Source: a virus
Strand: one strand, 5' to 3'
DNA: 64,000 nucleotides
IMG/VR virus record: IMGVR_UViG_3300036651_001908
Location: 32,001-96,000 of that record
In this document: one piece after another, positions 26,024 through 36,115 of the stretch
Layout: each line of letters starts with the position of its first letter
Numbering within the stretch: position 1 is the first letter of the stretch
Translations under genes and position numbers: made by a program
Notes under the pieces: model-generated
Told to the model about the DNA's origin: nothing
Database searches by the model: none
Seen by the model: the letters and a program-made list of their open reading frames with translations, nothing else

Positions 26024-26054
26024 GAAAGGCCCCGGCTAACCACCGGGGCCTTTC
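26024..26054 (+). terminator. intrinsic terminator
   Basis: GAAAGGCCCCGG-loop-CCGGGGCCTTTC after MCP. Confidence 0.8.
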
Positions 26055-26098
26055 TCGTGGTACAGCAATTGTTCACTTGTGTGGTGTAGGGTGGTGGC

Positions 26099-26404
26099 AT
26101 GTTCGAAAACGAACACCGCGACCTTCTACTGAAGTGGATGCGGAACATCAGCGCAGAGTTACGCGCTCTGCGGAGGGAGATTCATCACATGTCCGACGAC
26201 CAGACCCACCTCGACGCCGACGTTCAGGCGCTCACCGATGGCCTCACCGCTGTGGAGGCGGAGATTGCGGCGCTGAAGAGCCAGCCGCAGGCTGCCGCGC
26301 TCAACTTCACGGCGCTCGACGCGGCCGTGGCCCGCATCAAGGGTGACGTGCCCGTGGCTCCGGCCCCCGCGCCCGCCCCCGCACCCACCCCGCCCGCCGT
26401 CTGA
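26099..26404 (+). CDS. small coiled-coil protein with Pro-Ala tail
   Basis: Heptad pattern; TAGGGT -10-like element just upstream. Confidence 0.7.
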   Translation: MFENEHRDLLLKWMRNISAELRALRREIHHMSDDQTHLDADVQALTDGLTAVEAEIAALKSQPQAAALNFTALDAAVARIKGDVPVAPAPAPAPAPTPPAV

Positions 26405-26443
26405 GTGGTAGGCTGACGCCTGCAACGGGCACTAGCCCGAAGA

Positions 26444-26488
26444 AGTGAAGGCCCCGAGTGCTCCGGACGGTGCATGAGGGGCCTTCGC
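26444..26488 (+). terminator. terminator-like hairpin
   Basis: GTGAAGGCCCC ... GGGGCCTTCGC. Confidence 0.5.
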
Positions 26489-26549
26489 GCTGTCTGGTAA
26501 AAGAAGAAATCAACTTCTCTTCTCGGCGTGTCGGGTGCATAGTGTATGC

Positions 26550-26903
26550 ATGCCAGGAATGCGAGCGTACGACCAGCGGTTTCATGACCTACCTGCGTGG
26601 GCCAAGGAAGAACTCAAGGGGGCGCAGGAGGAGATAGATCGCCTACTCGCCACCGTCGCCCGTCTCGTCGGGAAGGAACAGACCACTGTCTCCATCCGGC
26701 GTGAGGATGCGGGTGGGGAGCAGATCAGACAGTTCATCCCCGAGGGCACCGGAGTAGATTTCGATCTACCGAACGGCTCTCGTCTCACCGTGAAGAGGGA
26801 CGTGAACTCTCTACGCGTGACCGAGGGAACCGACACGTCACAGATCGTCGTGGTCCCCCAGACCACCGGTGTGATCAACATCGGAGTGCTCCGACAGAAG
26901 TAA
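26550..26903 (+). CDS. hypothetical protein
   Basis: ORF with plausible codon bias filling the gap. Confidence 0.65.
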   Translation: MPGMRAYDQRFHDLPAWAKEELKGAQEEIDRLLATVARLVGKEQTTVSIRREDAGGEQIRQFIPEGTGVDFDLPNGSRLTVKRDVNSLRVTEGTDTSQIVVVPQTTGVINIGVLRQK

Positions 26904-26987
26904 TTCTCCAGAGTTTACAACAAGAAGACTCTGGTCACCCATACTATATGTGCGGCGAACCGCCGATAGTACCAACAAGGAGGAAAC

Positions 26988-27629
26988 GTGCCCGCACGTA
27001 ATTCAGGCTCAGAGGAGCCGCTGGATCTAGACGATCTTCTCGGCACCGATGAGGACGTGGCTGCGGCTGTCGTCTCGGAGCACCCGGAGATGGTCCCTGC
27101 CGAGTCGGCTGAAGAGCGTCGCATCCGCGAACTCCAGGCTGAACTCGCCAAGCCCGCCCCGAAGAAGAACGCTCGGCCCACTCCCGAGAGCCAGTTGACG
27201 CCGGACCAGAAGAAGATCCGCGACCTCGAAGACCAACTCGCTCGCCGTCGTAGCCAGGAGGCGGACGACGCTGACACCGAGTGGGAGGAAGCCTCAGGTG
27301 AGGGAGAGCGAATTCTTCTTCATGTCTGCGAGGACGGCCTGATCGCCATGGGTGTCGTCTGGTACCGCGGCCAGGAGATTGAGTTCGTCGTCGGCTCCGA
27401 GGCCTACGAGCAGACCAAGGACCGCAACGGCGTCTCCTGGCTGGACATGCTGGACGACATCGACGCGCAGTTCGAGCGCTGGGGCGCCCAGTACATCAAG
27501 CGTGGTCCGTGGCGTGGCAAGAAGTGGGGAGACACCTCTGTGCTCTCCGACCCCGAGGAGATTGCAGCGGCCAAGACCGCTGCCGAAGCCGAGCGTCGGC
27601 GCAACCGCGCTGCACCCGTCATCCGCTAG
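26988..27629 (+). CDS. hypothetical virion-region protein
   Basis: AAGGAGG RBS and late motif at 26962-26970. Confidence 0.8.
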   Translation: MPARNSGSEEPLDLDDLLGTDEDVAAAVVSEHPEMVPAESAEERRIRELQAELAKPAPKKNARPTPESQLTPDQKKIRDLEDQLARRRSQEADDADTEWEEASGEGERILLHVCEDGLIAMGVVWYRGQEIEFVVGSEAYEQTKDRNGVSWLDMLDDIDAQFERWGAQYIKRGPWRGKKWGDTSVLSDPEEIAAAKTAAEAERRRNRAAPVIR

Positions 27630-27640
27630 TGAGGTAACCG

Positions 27641-28363
27641 ATGCCCTACCCGACTTTCACCGCCCAAGATGTCGCTGACTTCTCGGGTAGGGACATCTCC
27701 TCCTACCCAGTTCCCTTCTCTACGATGGCGCTGCACCAGGCAGCCCTCCTCTTCAAGATTGCCACGGGCATCTCGGACGACCTCTACCCGACGGATCCGG
27801 ACGCGGCCCAGATCGCCAGGTACGGCATCATCGCTCTAGCGGACGAACTCATTCTTCAGCAGCCGTTCCAGCAGATCGTTGCCTCTCCGATCAACTCCGA
27901 GAGCATCGGCTCGTACCACTACATGAAGTCGTACAGCCGCTCGGTGTCCACGGCATCGTTGAAGTTGCAGGGCAACACTTTCGCCAAGATGACGCGCTCG
28001 GCCATCATGGGCTCCGTCACGGGCTGCATGTGGTTCGACATCGCGGTGGACACCCTCGGACTCAAGAACTCGGCGCGTGGACAGTTCCTCAATGGGGGCA
28101 TCGAAATCATGGAGCATGATGCTCCGCTGGTGACGGCCCAGGGCCTCAACCGTCGGATGCTTTCGCCTTCCGACCTGAACCTCTTCGACTTCTCCATGGG
28201 CGGCCTGGGCGGGATCGGCTGGGACCCGGCTCAGGGCTATGGGAACGTTCCGATCTACATCGCAGGCCAGCCGCAGCCGTCCGCTCCCCCGCAGGCCTCC
28301 ATCATCAGTGGGTCAGCGGAAGGTATCGAGTACCCGAACGACCAGCAGGGCTTCTTCGAGTAG
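27641..28363 (+). CDS. head-to-tail adaptor
   Basis: Position after MCP; SESIGSYHY motif typical of adaptors. Confidence 0.7.
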   Translation: MPYPTFTAQDVADFSGRDISSYPVPFSTMALHQAALLFKIATGISDDLYPTDPDAAQIARYGIIALADELILQQPFQQIVASPINSESIGSYHYMKSYSRSVSTASLKLQGNTFAKMTRSAIMGSVTGCMWFDIAVDTLGLKNSARGQFLNGGIEIMEHDAPLVTAQGLNRRMLSPSDLNLFDFSMGGLGGIGWDPAQGYGNVPIYIAGQPQPSAPPQASIISGSAEGIEYPNDQQGFFE

Positions 28364-28429
28364 GTCATTTCTCTCCTGCCGATTGTAGAGAGGGAGCCCT
28401 CAGGGCTGGACCCAATCGGAAGGTAACTC

Positions 28430-28663
28430 ATGGCACTCGATAGGCGCAGGGTCACAATGACCAATGCCGTCGCCACCGCAAACGGGGTGGAGATTCACCA
28501 GGCTGAGGACTTCGTAGACATCGAGCACATCGATGAGTACGTGGCCGACGCGAAGACTCGCTGGCAGGCCGTCACGGTCGGAGACGAGCCGGACGATGGC
28601 CCCGCTGGGGCCGACGGCACGTATGACGTGGTTGCTGCCACCAATCCCCCGCAGGAGGGCTGA
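28430..28663 (+). CDS. hypothetical protein
   Basis: Late motif variant GCCGATTGT at 28378; RBS. Confidence 0.7.
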   Translation: MALDRRRVTMTNAVATANGVEIHQAEDFVDIEHIDEYVADAKTRWQAVTVGDEPDDGPAGADGTYDVVAATNPPQEG

Positions 28664-28666
28664 TCC

Positions 28667-29032
28667 ATGGTACGCAACAACACGATGCTGAACACCCTCG
28701 CGAACGCCTACAAGGGCGCGGCGGTGTACGGCGCTCTCTTCACCGGCGCCGGTCCGGCCTCCGGTGCGTCGAACACTGCTTCCAACGAGTGCACGGGTGG
28801 TTCTCCCGCCTATGCACGGAAGGTGCTCGCCTGGGGCTCCCCGGCTGCCGGTGTCGTCTCCTCGACTGCGGTCACCTTCGACATCGCTTCGGGCACGACG
28901 GTGACGTACTTCGGTGTGACCACCTCCGGTACTGCGGCCACCGCGGACGTGCAGGACTCGGTCTCGATCACCTCGCAGAACTTCGCGTCGCAGGGGACCT
29001 ACCAGATCACCCCGACCTACACCCAGACCTGA
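28667..29032 (+). CDS. small tail/fibre-associated structural protein
   Basis: NECTGGSPAYARK...W...VTFDI...TVTYFGV pattern seen in actinophage structural proteins; strong codon bias. Confidence 0.7.
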   Translation: MVRNNTMLNTLANAYKGAAVYGALFTGAGPASGASNTASNECTGGSPAYARKVLAWGSPAAGVVSSTAVTFDIASGTTVTYFGVTTSGTAATADVQDSVSITSQNFASQGTYQITPTYTQT

Positions 29033-29050
29033 TCCGGGGGAACGCTGACT

Positions 29051-29084
29051 GGGGGCCGACTGCCACGAGCGGTCGGCCCCTTTT
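29051..29084 (+). terminator. intrinsic terminator
   Basis: GGGGCCGAC...GTCGGCCCC followed by TTTT. Confidence 0.8.
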
Positions 29085-29123
29085 CGGTCCTAGGCAGAAC
29101 AAGATTTAGGAAGGACCAGGCCC

Positions 29124-29923
29124 ATGGCCGATTCCTCGGTAGCGATCACAGCCGGTACAGGCACGCCCATCCGTGTACTGACTGCCTTGGGCACCGCGAG
29201 TGCCGACCAGCAGGTCATCACCATCGCGGACTCTTCCGGCAACCTTCTTGGTACGCAGGCCGCTCCTATTCCGGTTTCGATTGCGCAGAGCGGGGGCCAG
29301 ACCACTACCTCGGGCACCATCTCCGCGTCTGCGACGAACACTCCAGGCACGGCAGTCACCGCCTCCACCACGGCACAGATCGTACGGCAGCCCTGCCCGG
29401 GGTGGCCTACTTCCGTGTCCGCTGCTCGGCTTTCACGTCGGGCACCATCGCGGTCCTCATGGCCCCCGGTCCCACGTTGGTGGAACCGAACCCGTCGCTT
29501 GCAGCGTCCAGCGCTGTCATCGGCACCGTCGTGGATTCGCCCATCCTGACCGCGGTGGCCACGATGACCACTGTGGTGAACTCTGCACCGGGTGCTACGG
29601 GCACGATTGGCCACGCCGCAGCGACCATCACGGCTGCGGTCACCACTGCCGCTGCCTTCCTCAGCGCTCCGGGCGCGGGGCTCTCGATCTACATCACCGA
29701 CATCAATGCCACGAACTCCGGGGCATCGGCCACGCTTGTGTCTCTATTCGCGGGCGCTGCAACGGTGCCTCTCGCTGCGAAGTACCTCCCTGTGACAAGC
29801 AGTGCGCCGCCCACCTCGTACCACACTCCGATCCGTGTCGGGACCGCGACGGCTCTGAACTACACCAACTCGGTGGCATCCACTTCGGTCTTCGTGCAGG
29901 TCACGTACTACGTCGCCCCGTAG
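29124..29923 (+). CDS. structural protein split by a -1 frameshift near 29396-29402
   Basis: A/T/S-rich reading continues from ORF 29124 into ORF 29402-29923 across CCCGGGG; the unshifted tail reads as off-frame sequence. Confidence 0.65.
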
Positions 29924-29935
29924 GAGGTGTAAGCC

Positions 29936-32900
29936 GTGCCCGGAACCTTTGTCTCCTCTTCTAGCAACCACGTTGTTGGCGCATCTTCCCTGACCGGCAC
30001 CATCGTGGTGAACGCGCCAGCGAGTATCGCCTCCGGCAACCTTCTTGTCGCTGTTTTTACCAACTCCCACAACGGTGGCGTTCAGAGCGACTTGACTGCG
30101 CCCTCCGGGTGGACACGGGCCGATTCAGCGTTCTTCCGCAGCACGGTCGGTACCGGTTCGGTATTCTGGAAAGTCGCCTCTGGGGCCGAACCTTCGACTT
30201 ACACCTTCACGAGCACATACTCGTCTGCGGGCGGCCACTATTTGAACACTGCCATTCTCCAGTACGCAAGCATCGACCCCATCACTCCTGTGTCGGCCGC
30301 GCCCGTTTGGACGGCATACACCTCGGGTACGACTGCGCCTGCCGCCGCCAGCGTGACCCCTACGACCGCGAACGGCACCTCGATCGAGGCGTGGGCTGGC
30401 TTCAACGGGGGCTCGGTCACCACCTTCCCCTCAGGAGCCATTGGCCGCACCTCATATACCGACTCCTCGAACTACAGCCTCTATACCGCTGACGCCCCGC
30501 TGACCGCTGGGGCTGGGACGGCGACTGGATCGAAAACTCCGACCACCAGTTCGGATGACTGGATCAGCGTCCAGTTGGTGCTCAACCCCCGGACGACGGC
30601 AGCCTATTCAGCCAGCGCGGCGCTTTCAGGTTCTGGATCCCTTTCTGCATCTCTGCTCCCTGGCCTGGCCTCCTCTGCAACTCTCGCGGGCTCGGGCGGC
30701 CTGACCGCGGTCAACGTTCCCAACATCGTCTTTTCTGGCGGTATGGGGGGCGCTGGTGCGCTGACCGCGACCAACACCCCCTCGGTCATCACGACTGCTG
30801 CCCTCTCCGGAGCCGGTGCACTGACCGCTGCCAACCTGCCCTCTTTCCCCATCACCCCCCAGTTGGCCGGTGCAGGAGCACTGACCGCGACCAACACTCC
30901 CTCCTTCTCGATCACCCCGCAGTTGGCAGGTGCTGGGTCACTGAGCACCACCGTCCTGCCCAGCCTGATCCTCACTCCGCAGTTGTCCGGCGCGGGTGCA
31001 CTGAGTGCCACGAACACCCCTAGCCTGATTTTGGCGACGGCCCTGGCAGGGGCGGGGGTGCTGTCGGGCGCTGTCACCGCTCTATCGATCACCCTGGCCC
31101 AGTCGCTCACGGGAACCGGTGCCCTGACCGCGACCCTGAAGCCGATCGAGGTCACCACCGCTGCACTCTCCGGAGCAGGCTCTTTGACGGTGGCCCCGCT
31201 CGTCTTCGAAGCCACGACGGCTGCCCTCTCTGGAGCAGGTGCGCTGACGGCGACCAACCTGCCATCCTTCCCCATCACTCCCCAGTTGACCGGTGCGGGT
31301 TCCTTGACCTCGGTCGGTGGCCCGCTCTACACCGCTACGGCCACGCTCTCTGGCACTGGCTCGCTGACGGCCACCAACCTGCCCAGCCTGATCCTGGCCT
31401 CCAGCCTGACCGGCTCCGGCACGCTGTCCAGCACGGTCAAGCCGGGCCTGATTCTGGCGACCGCGCTCACTGGTGCCGGTGCTCTGACCGGAGCCGTCTC
31501 CGGTCTCTCGCTTATTTCTGCTTCTACCCTCACCGGCGCTGGCGCCCTCTCAGTGTCGGCTACACCTATCTTGGTGACCACAGCGGGGCTGTCCGGTGCA
31601 GGCACCCTGACCTACATCGGTGGCCCGCTCTACACCGCGACCGCATCCTTCTCGGGCACTGGCTCTCTGGCGGCTCCTGTGCTGCCTTCGCTGATTCTCG
31701 CTACAGCACTTACGGGCGCTGGCAGCCTCACGGTGGCACGGGTATCCGCCCTGGCCACAAACGCCGCCCTGGCTGGCGCGGGTGCCCTGTCTGGTGCCAT
31801 CACCGGTCTTACACTGGTCCTCTCACAGAGCCTGTTGGGGTCGGGAACGCTTTCGGCGGCCGTGTTGGCGAAGCCGATCCTCGCCATCGCGCTTTCGGGC
31901 TCCGGTTCGCTCACTGCCGCCAACCTGCCCAGCGTCAGCACGGCGGCTGCCCTGACAGGCTCCGGTGCCCTGACCTACATCGGTGGCCCGCTCTACACCG
32001 CGACCGCATCCTTCTCGGGCACTGGCTCTCTGGCGGCTCCTGTGCTGCCTTCGCTGATTCTCGCTACAGCACTTACGGGCGCTGGCTCGCTGACGGCCAC
32101 CAACCTGCCCAGCCTGACCCTGGCCACCAACCTGACCGGTACCGGCGTGCTCTCTGCGGCCCTGTTGCCGAAGCCGGTCCTTGCCGTCGCTCTGGCAGGC
32201 TCGGGTGCCCTGTCTGTGCAGGCTGGGCAGAACTTCCAGGCCTCCGCAGCCCTCTCGGGCACGGGTGCCTTGACGTTCGTGGCTGTACCCATCCTCACGG
32301 CACTGGCCGCTCTCTCCGGTGCAGGCAGCCTGTCGGCCACGAATGTGCCTGGTCTGCTCCTCTCGACCAGCCTTTCCGGCGCTGGAGTCCTGTCCGCGAC
32401 GGTGTCGCCCGGCTGGGTACTGGCCTCCAGCCTCACCGGCTCCGGCACGCTGTCCAGCACGGTCAAGCCGGGCTTCCCCGTGGCAGTCGCCCTGACAGGA
32501 TCTGGTGCGCTGTCCATTCAGGCTGGGCAGGACTTCCAGGTCAACGTGGCCCTCGCAGGGACGGGCTCGCTCACCGTCTCTGTCCTGCCTCAGTTCGCAC
32601 TGCCCGGTGTCCTTGCGGGGTCTGGCACCATGGTGGCGACGAGCGTGCCGAGTCTCGTCATCTCTGGTGTTCTGTCAGGCACTGGTGCTCTGAGCGCCGC
32701 CATTCTTCCGAAAATCTTGTTTGCCAGCAGCCTCACCGGCTCCGGCCTGCTCTCCGCGCTGTTCGCTCCGGGGCTCTCCGTTCCCGAGTTCTTCTCGGGC
32801 TCCGGGTCGCTCACGGAGACGGCGGCTCTGCTGGCCTCGGGTGGGGCTTCCTTCTCTGGGAGTGGGGCGCTCACGTACGGGGCTGTTCCCTACATCGCAA

Positions 32901-33328
32901 AGCCGGAGAACCTGTCGGGCACGGGTGCCCTGGCTGCCGCGATCGTGGCGAGCACGCATGTTCCTGCGGGGCTGGACGGCGCCGGTCAACTGACTACGGT
33001 GCGCAACTTCAGTGCGCTGGCCGCCTTCACTGGTGCAGGTATCCTCACCACCTTCTCCGGCCCGAAGCATGTCATCGACTTCGCCCCCCTGCTCGGTACC
33101 GGTGTTCTCAGCACCGAGACCTTCTACCCGCCATTCCTCGCCCTCGTGGTGTCCGAGTTCGTGGGAAGTGGCATTCAGGCCCTCGGCTTCGAGGGCAACC
33201 CGGTGGGGGCGATTGTAGAGAACAGCAACTCCGTTTCCGTCCTCGGGTTTGAGAGCAACCCCGTCTCGGCAATCGCGGAGAACGACGGGCTCGTGGAGAA
33301 AGTGAGTTTTGGAAATGAATCTTCCTGA
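29936..33328 (+). CDS. long repeat-rich minor tail/fibre protein
   Basis: N-terminal beta domain then dozens of about 20-aa L(S/T/A)G(A/S/T)GxL repeats; exact 119-bp duplication 31605-31723 / 31968-32086. Confidence 0.8.
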   Translation: MPGTFVSSSSNHVVGASSLTGTIVVNAPASIASGNLLVAVFTNSHNGGVQSDLTAPSGWTRADSAFFRSTVGTGSVFWKVASGAEPSTYTFTSTYSSAGGHYLNTAILQYASIDPITPVSAAPVWTAYTSGTTAPAAASVTPTTANGTSIEAWAGFNGGSVTTFPSGAIGRTSYTDSSNYSLYTADAPLTAGAGTATGSKTPTTSSDDWISVQLVLNPRTTAAYSASAALSGSGSLSASLLPGLASSATLAGSGGLTAVNVPNIVFSGGMGGAGALTATNTPSVITTAALSGAGALTAANLPSFPITPQLAGAGALTATNTPSFSITPQLAGAGSLSTTVLPSLILTPQLSGAGALSATNTPSLILATALAGAGVLSGAVTALSITLAQSLTGTGALTATLKPIEVTTAALSGAGSLTVAPLVFEATTAALSGAGALTATNLPSFPITPQLTGAGSLTSVGGPLYTATATLSGTGSLTATNLPSLILASSLTGSGTLSSTVKPGLILATALTGAGALTGAVSGLSLISASTLTGAGALSVSATPILVTTAGLSGAGTLTYIGGPLYTATASFSGTGSLAAPVLPSLILATALTGAGSLTVARVSALATNAALAGAGALSGAITGLTLVLSQSLLGSGTLSAAVLAKPILAIALSGSGSLTAANLPSVSTAAALTGSGALTYIGGPLYTATASFSGTGSLAAPVLPSLILATALTGAGSLTATNLPSLTLATNLTGTGVLSAALLPKPVLAVALAGSGALSVQAGQNFQASAALSGTGALTFVAVPILTALAALSGAGSLSATNVPGLLLSTSLSGAGVLSATVSPGWVLASSLTGSGTLSSTVKPGFPVAVALTGSGALSIQAGQDFQVNVALAGTGSLTVSVLPQFALPGVLAGSGTMVATSVPSLVISGVLSGTGALSAAILPKILFASSLTGSGLLSALFAPGLSVPEFFSGSGSLTETAALLASGGASFSGSGALTYGAVPYIAKPENLSGTGALAAAIVASTHVPAGLDGAGQLTTVRNFSALAAFTGAGILTTFSGPKHVIDFAPLLGTGVLSTETFYPPFLALVVSEFVGSGIQALGFEGNPVGAIVENSNSVSVLGFESNPVSAIAENDGLVEKVSFGNESS

Positions 33329-33608
33329 GGATGGCGTGGTAAACGCCAAGGTTGTTTTCTCCGCGTATCCCACCGACCCGGGTACGACAGTGAAGTGGTC
33401 CCTGGACCGCGAGACCTGGCTGGACTTCGACACCAATCCCACTCTGCAAGCGGACGGCACCTACGTCGGCTACGTGCTTCTCCGCGGACCTGATGCGGAT
33501 TCGACGGATGGCCACCTCGTGCAGTTCGACTCCACTCCCCTGTGGGCGAAGGTCATGGACGCCCCCGAAATCATCCCGCTCCGTGTCGGGATAATCACGT
33601 TCTACTGA
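33315..33608 (+). CDS. hypothetical protein
   Basis: Overlaps end of the fibre gene; typical codon bias. Confidence 0.7.
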   Translation: MNLPEDGVVNAKVVFSAYPTDPGTTVKWSLDRETWLDFDTNPTLQADGTYVGYVLLRGPDADSTDGHLVQFDSTPLWAKVMDAPEIIPLRVGIITFY

Positions 33609-33641
33609 CCCCCGGGTCGATGGTAGGGACAGGAGAGTGCC

Positions 33642-34031
33642 ATGCGCATCGAGTTCATTAGCGACTGGTCGGATGTCAACCGTGAGTTGGACCGGCTGGA
33701 GCGACTGCCTAACGGCGCCGCTATCACGTTGCTCGATGGTCTCCTCGGCGCCACCTTCTCCGCGGTCGAAGCCAACGTGCACGTTCTCACCGGCCGCCTC
33801 AAGGGCACCGGGGAAATGAAGTCTGAGGTCTTGGGTGAGGAGTGGGTGGGCATCATCCACTACGGCACCCCCGGCTTCTTCGATGTGCACCATCACCATT
33901 ACGGCCCTGAGGTGATGTACGCAATCTTCGAGAAGCGGCGCGGGGGCACACATGACTTCTTCAATCCGGCGAAAGCCATGGAGTCCTCTTTCGTAGAGGC
34001 TCTGGTCCTGATCTTGCGAGGTGACGTATGA
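33642..34031 (+). CDS. neck/tail-completion protein (HK97 gp10-like)
   Basis: VHVLTGRLKGTG...YAIFE...HDFF motifs; late motif 33616-33624. Confidence 0.65.
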   Translation: MRIEFISDWSDVNRELDRLERLPNGAAITLLDGLLGATFSAVEANVHVLTGRLKGTGEMKSEVLGEEWVGIIHYGTPGFFDVHHHHYGPEVMYAIFEKRRGGTHDFFNPAKAMESSFVEALVLILRGDV

Positions 34032-34477
34032 GCATCAACACCAGCATGTTCATCTCCCGTGCTCGGGTGGAGCAGCAGGACTACACCGTGGTGAATGGAC
34101 AGCCGACGGTTACCTGGGCACAGGCCACGGATCCGGACCCGGATCTATCGGCTATGTTGCGGAACCTCCCGTGTAGGCTGGACCTCACCTTCCTTCGTCC
34201 CGGCAAGGACGTGATCGCTCCGGTGAATGCGGGTCGCGCTCCGGACCGTGTCGGTGTCCTCTTCTGTGGGCCTACGGCTCCTATCCGAGCCGGGCAGCGT
34301 CTCGTCATGATCCCTGGGCCGAATGGGCTGATCCCTGTTCAGGGAACATTTGAGATTCGGCAGATCCCCGACATGGCCGTGGGCATGGTCGGTGGGCACC
34401 ACCAAGAGGTGCAGGTTGTGGAGACCAATCAGGAACTGGCGGGCCGCTGGCCGGACGACCTCCCCGGGGGCGACTGA
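34028..34477 (+). CDS. head-tail joining (stopper) protein
   Basis: Position; PCRLD, IRAGQRL, HHQEVQV motifs. Confidence 0.65.
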   Translation: MSINTSMFISRARVEQQDYTVVNGQPTVTWAQATDPDPDLSAMLRNLPCRLDLTFLRPGKDVIAPVNAGRAPDRVGVLFCGPTAPIRAGQRLVMIPGPNGLIPVQGTFEIRQIPDMAVGMVGGHHQEVQVVETNQELAGRWPDDLPGGD

Positions 34478-35034
34478 TGACGCGGCTCACCGTGGCGCTC
34501 CGGAACTTCCTGGTGCAGACGCCCGAGATGCAAAATCTTGTTTCCGCGGGCACCATCGGCCACGGCGTGCACTGGCCAGACGGCTGGGTCTTCGCGGACA
34601 TGTCCTACGCGAGCATCGAGAAGTACAGCGCCAAGGCCATGATCGTGCTGACCGAGTCCGGCAACTACAACCCGATGAACGTCTACAACACCATGCAGTT
34701 CCCTCGGGTGCTCCTTGACATCTGGGCCTCGCCCACCCGGGACGCCAATGGCTCCCCGATCAAGGACGACGCGGACAACATCGCGGAGAACATCTTCTCT
34801 CAGATCAAGCACTACGTGCACATCACCCACCCTGCGGTGCACTCCACATCTCCGGCCTTCATGGGCTCCCCCGGGAGCATGCTCCAGTGGGGGACCGCTG
34901 CGGAGATGGCGAGCAACACCGGTGTCTTCATCGGTGACTGCACGTATACGAACGGACCTGTCTACTCGAAGGTGACGGACGGGAACGGCGTCTTGATGGC
35001 GCGCTACACACTCGGCGTACAAGTCGTCGGGTAA
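34477..35034 (+). CDS. tail terminator-like protein
   Basis: Position; PRVLLDIWA motif. Confidence 0.6.
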   Translation: MTRLTVALRNFLVQTPEMQNLVSAGTIGHGVHWPDGWVFADMSYASIEKYSAKAMIVLTESGNYNPMNVYNTMQFPRVLLDIWASPTRDANGSPIKDDADNIAENIFSQIKHYVHITHPAVHSTSPAFMGSPGSMLQWGTAAEMASNTGVFIGDCTYTNGPVYSKVTDGNGVLMARYTLGVQVVG

Positions 35035-35059
35035 CTCAACCCAGGAGGCCACAGAGCCC

Positions 35060-36115
35060 ATGAAAATCATCTTGGCAATTCCGCTGAGTGTCTATTCCGG
35101 CTACGGCCGCGACGGCATCGGCATGACCCAGGCACTCGTCCGCGCTGGGCACGACGTGTATCTACACCCTGAGGGTGTGCAGTCGCCACTGCCCCCGGAC
35201 GTTGCCATGCTCCTGACCAAGACGCTGGAGGGCAAGTTCGACCTCGGCATCGTGCATGTCGCCCCGGATCAGATGGCTCCCAACAAGTCCCTGCGGATGG
35301 TCTGCACCACGCTCATCGGCTGGACCATGTGGGAATACACCAACATGAACAACTGCCCTGGGCACACCAAGTTCAAGAAGGAATGGGAGCCGTACGATGC
35401 GCTGATCGCGTACGACTACAACACCGCGGACTGCCTGCGCCCGTATTTCAAGAAGTCCATTCACGTGGTGCAGGGTGGCTTCGAGCCCAAGGGCTTCGAA
35501 TACCACGAGCGGGACTGGAGCGCGAACCCCTTCTTCTTCGGCATGATCGGTGTGCTGTCGCCCCGGAAGAACCCGTTCGCTGCGATCAACGCCTTCTCTC
35601 GGCTGAAGCAGGAGGAGCCGGACCTCATGGAGAACGCCCGGCTCATCCTGAAGACTTCGACCCCGGGTCTGCATCATGGCATCGAGGACTCGCTTCCCGG
35701 TGTCCGGGTCGTCTACGACGTGTGGAACGACACCCAGGTGAAGGACTTCTATCGGCGGATCAACGTGCTGCTCGCACCGTCTCGGGGTGAGGGGAAAAAT
35801 CTTCCTTGCCTGGAGGCGCTGTCCACGGGAGCCGGGGTCATCGCCACGAACTGGGGCGGCCACCGGGTGTGGATGGATGAGTCCATCGCCTACCCCCTCG
35901 ACTACGACTTCATCAAGGTCAACCACTACCAGAAGAACTCCCCCATGTGGACCGAGGTGAAGGTGGACCACCTCATGTCACTCATGAAGCACTGCCTTTT
36001 GAATCGAGAAGAGGTTCGTGACAAGGGGCGGCTGGCATCGAAGATCATCCCGGCGACCTGCAACTGGGACGCTCGCATGGCCGAACTGTTCGAGAAGTTG
36101 GGGCTGACCGCATGA
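35060..36115 (+). CDS. glycosyltransferase (GT-B fold, GT4-like)
   Basis: SGYGR, TMWE, PRKN, PSRGEGKNLPCLEALSTGAGVIATNWGG signature. Confidence 0.9.
   Translation: MKIILAIPLSVYSGYGRDGIGMTQALVRAGHDVYLHPEGVQSPLPPDVAMLLTKTLEGKFDLGIVHVAPDQMAPNKSLRMVCTTLIGWTMWEYTNMNNCPGHTKFKKEWEPYDALIAYDYNTADCLRPYFKKSIHVVQGGFEPKGFEYHERDWSANPFFFGMIGVLSPRKNPFAAINAFSRLKQEEPDLMENARLILKTSTPGLHHGIEDSLPGVRVVYDVWNDTQVKDFYRRINVLLAPSRGEGKNLPCLEALSTGAGVIATNWGGHRVWMDESIAYPLDYDFIKVNHYQKNSPMWTEVKVDHLMSLMKHCLLNREEVRDKGRLASKIIPATCNWDARMAELFEKLGLTA

Noticed and set aside
31605-32086. 119-bp duplicate as a possible DGR template/variable pair
   Set aside because: Copies are identical, both are in-frame, there are no adenine-specific differences and no reverse transcriptase is in the window.
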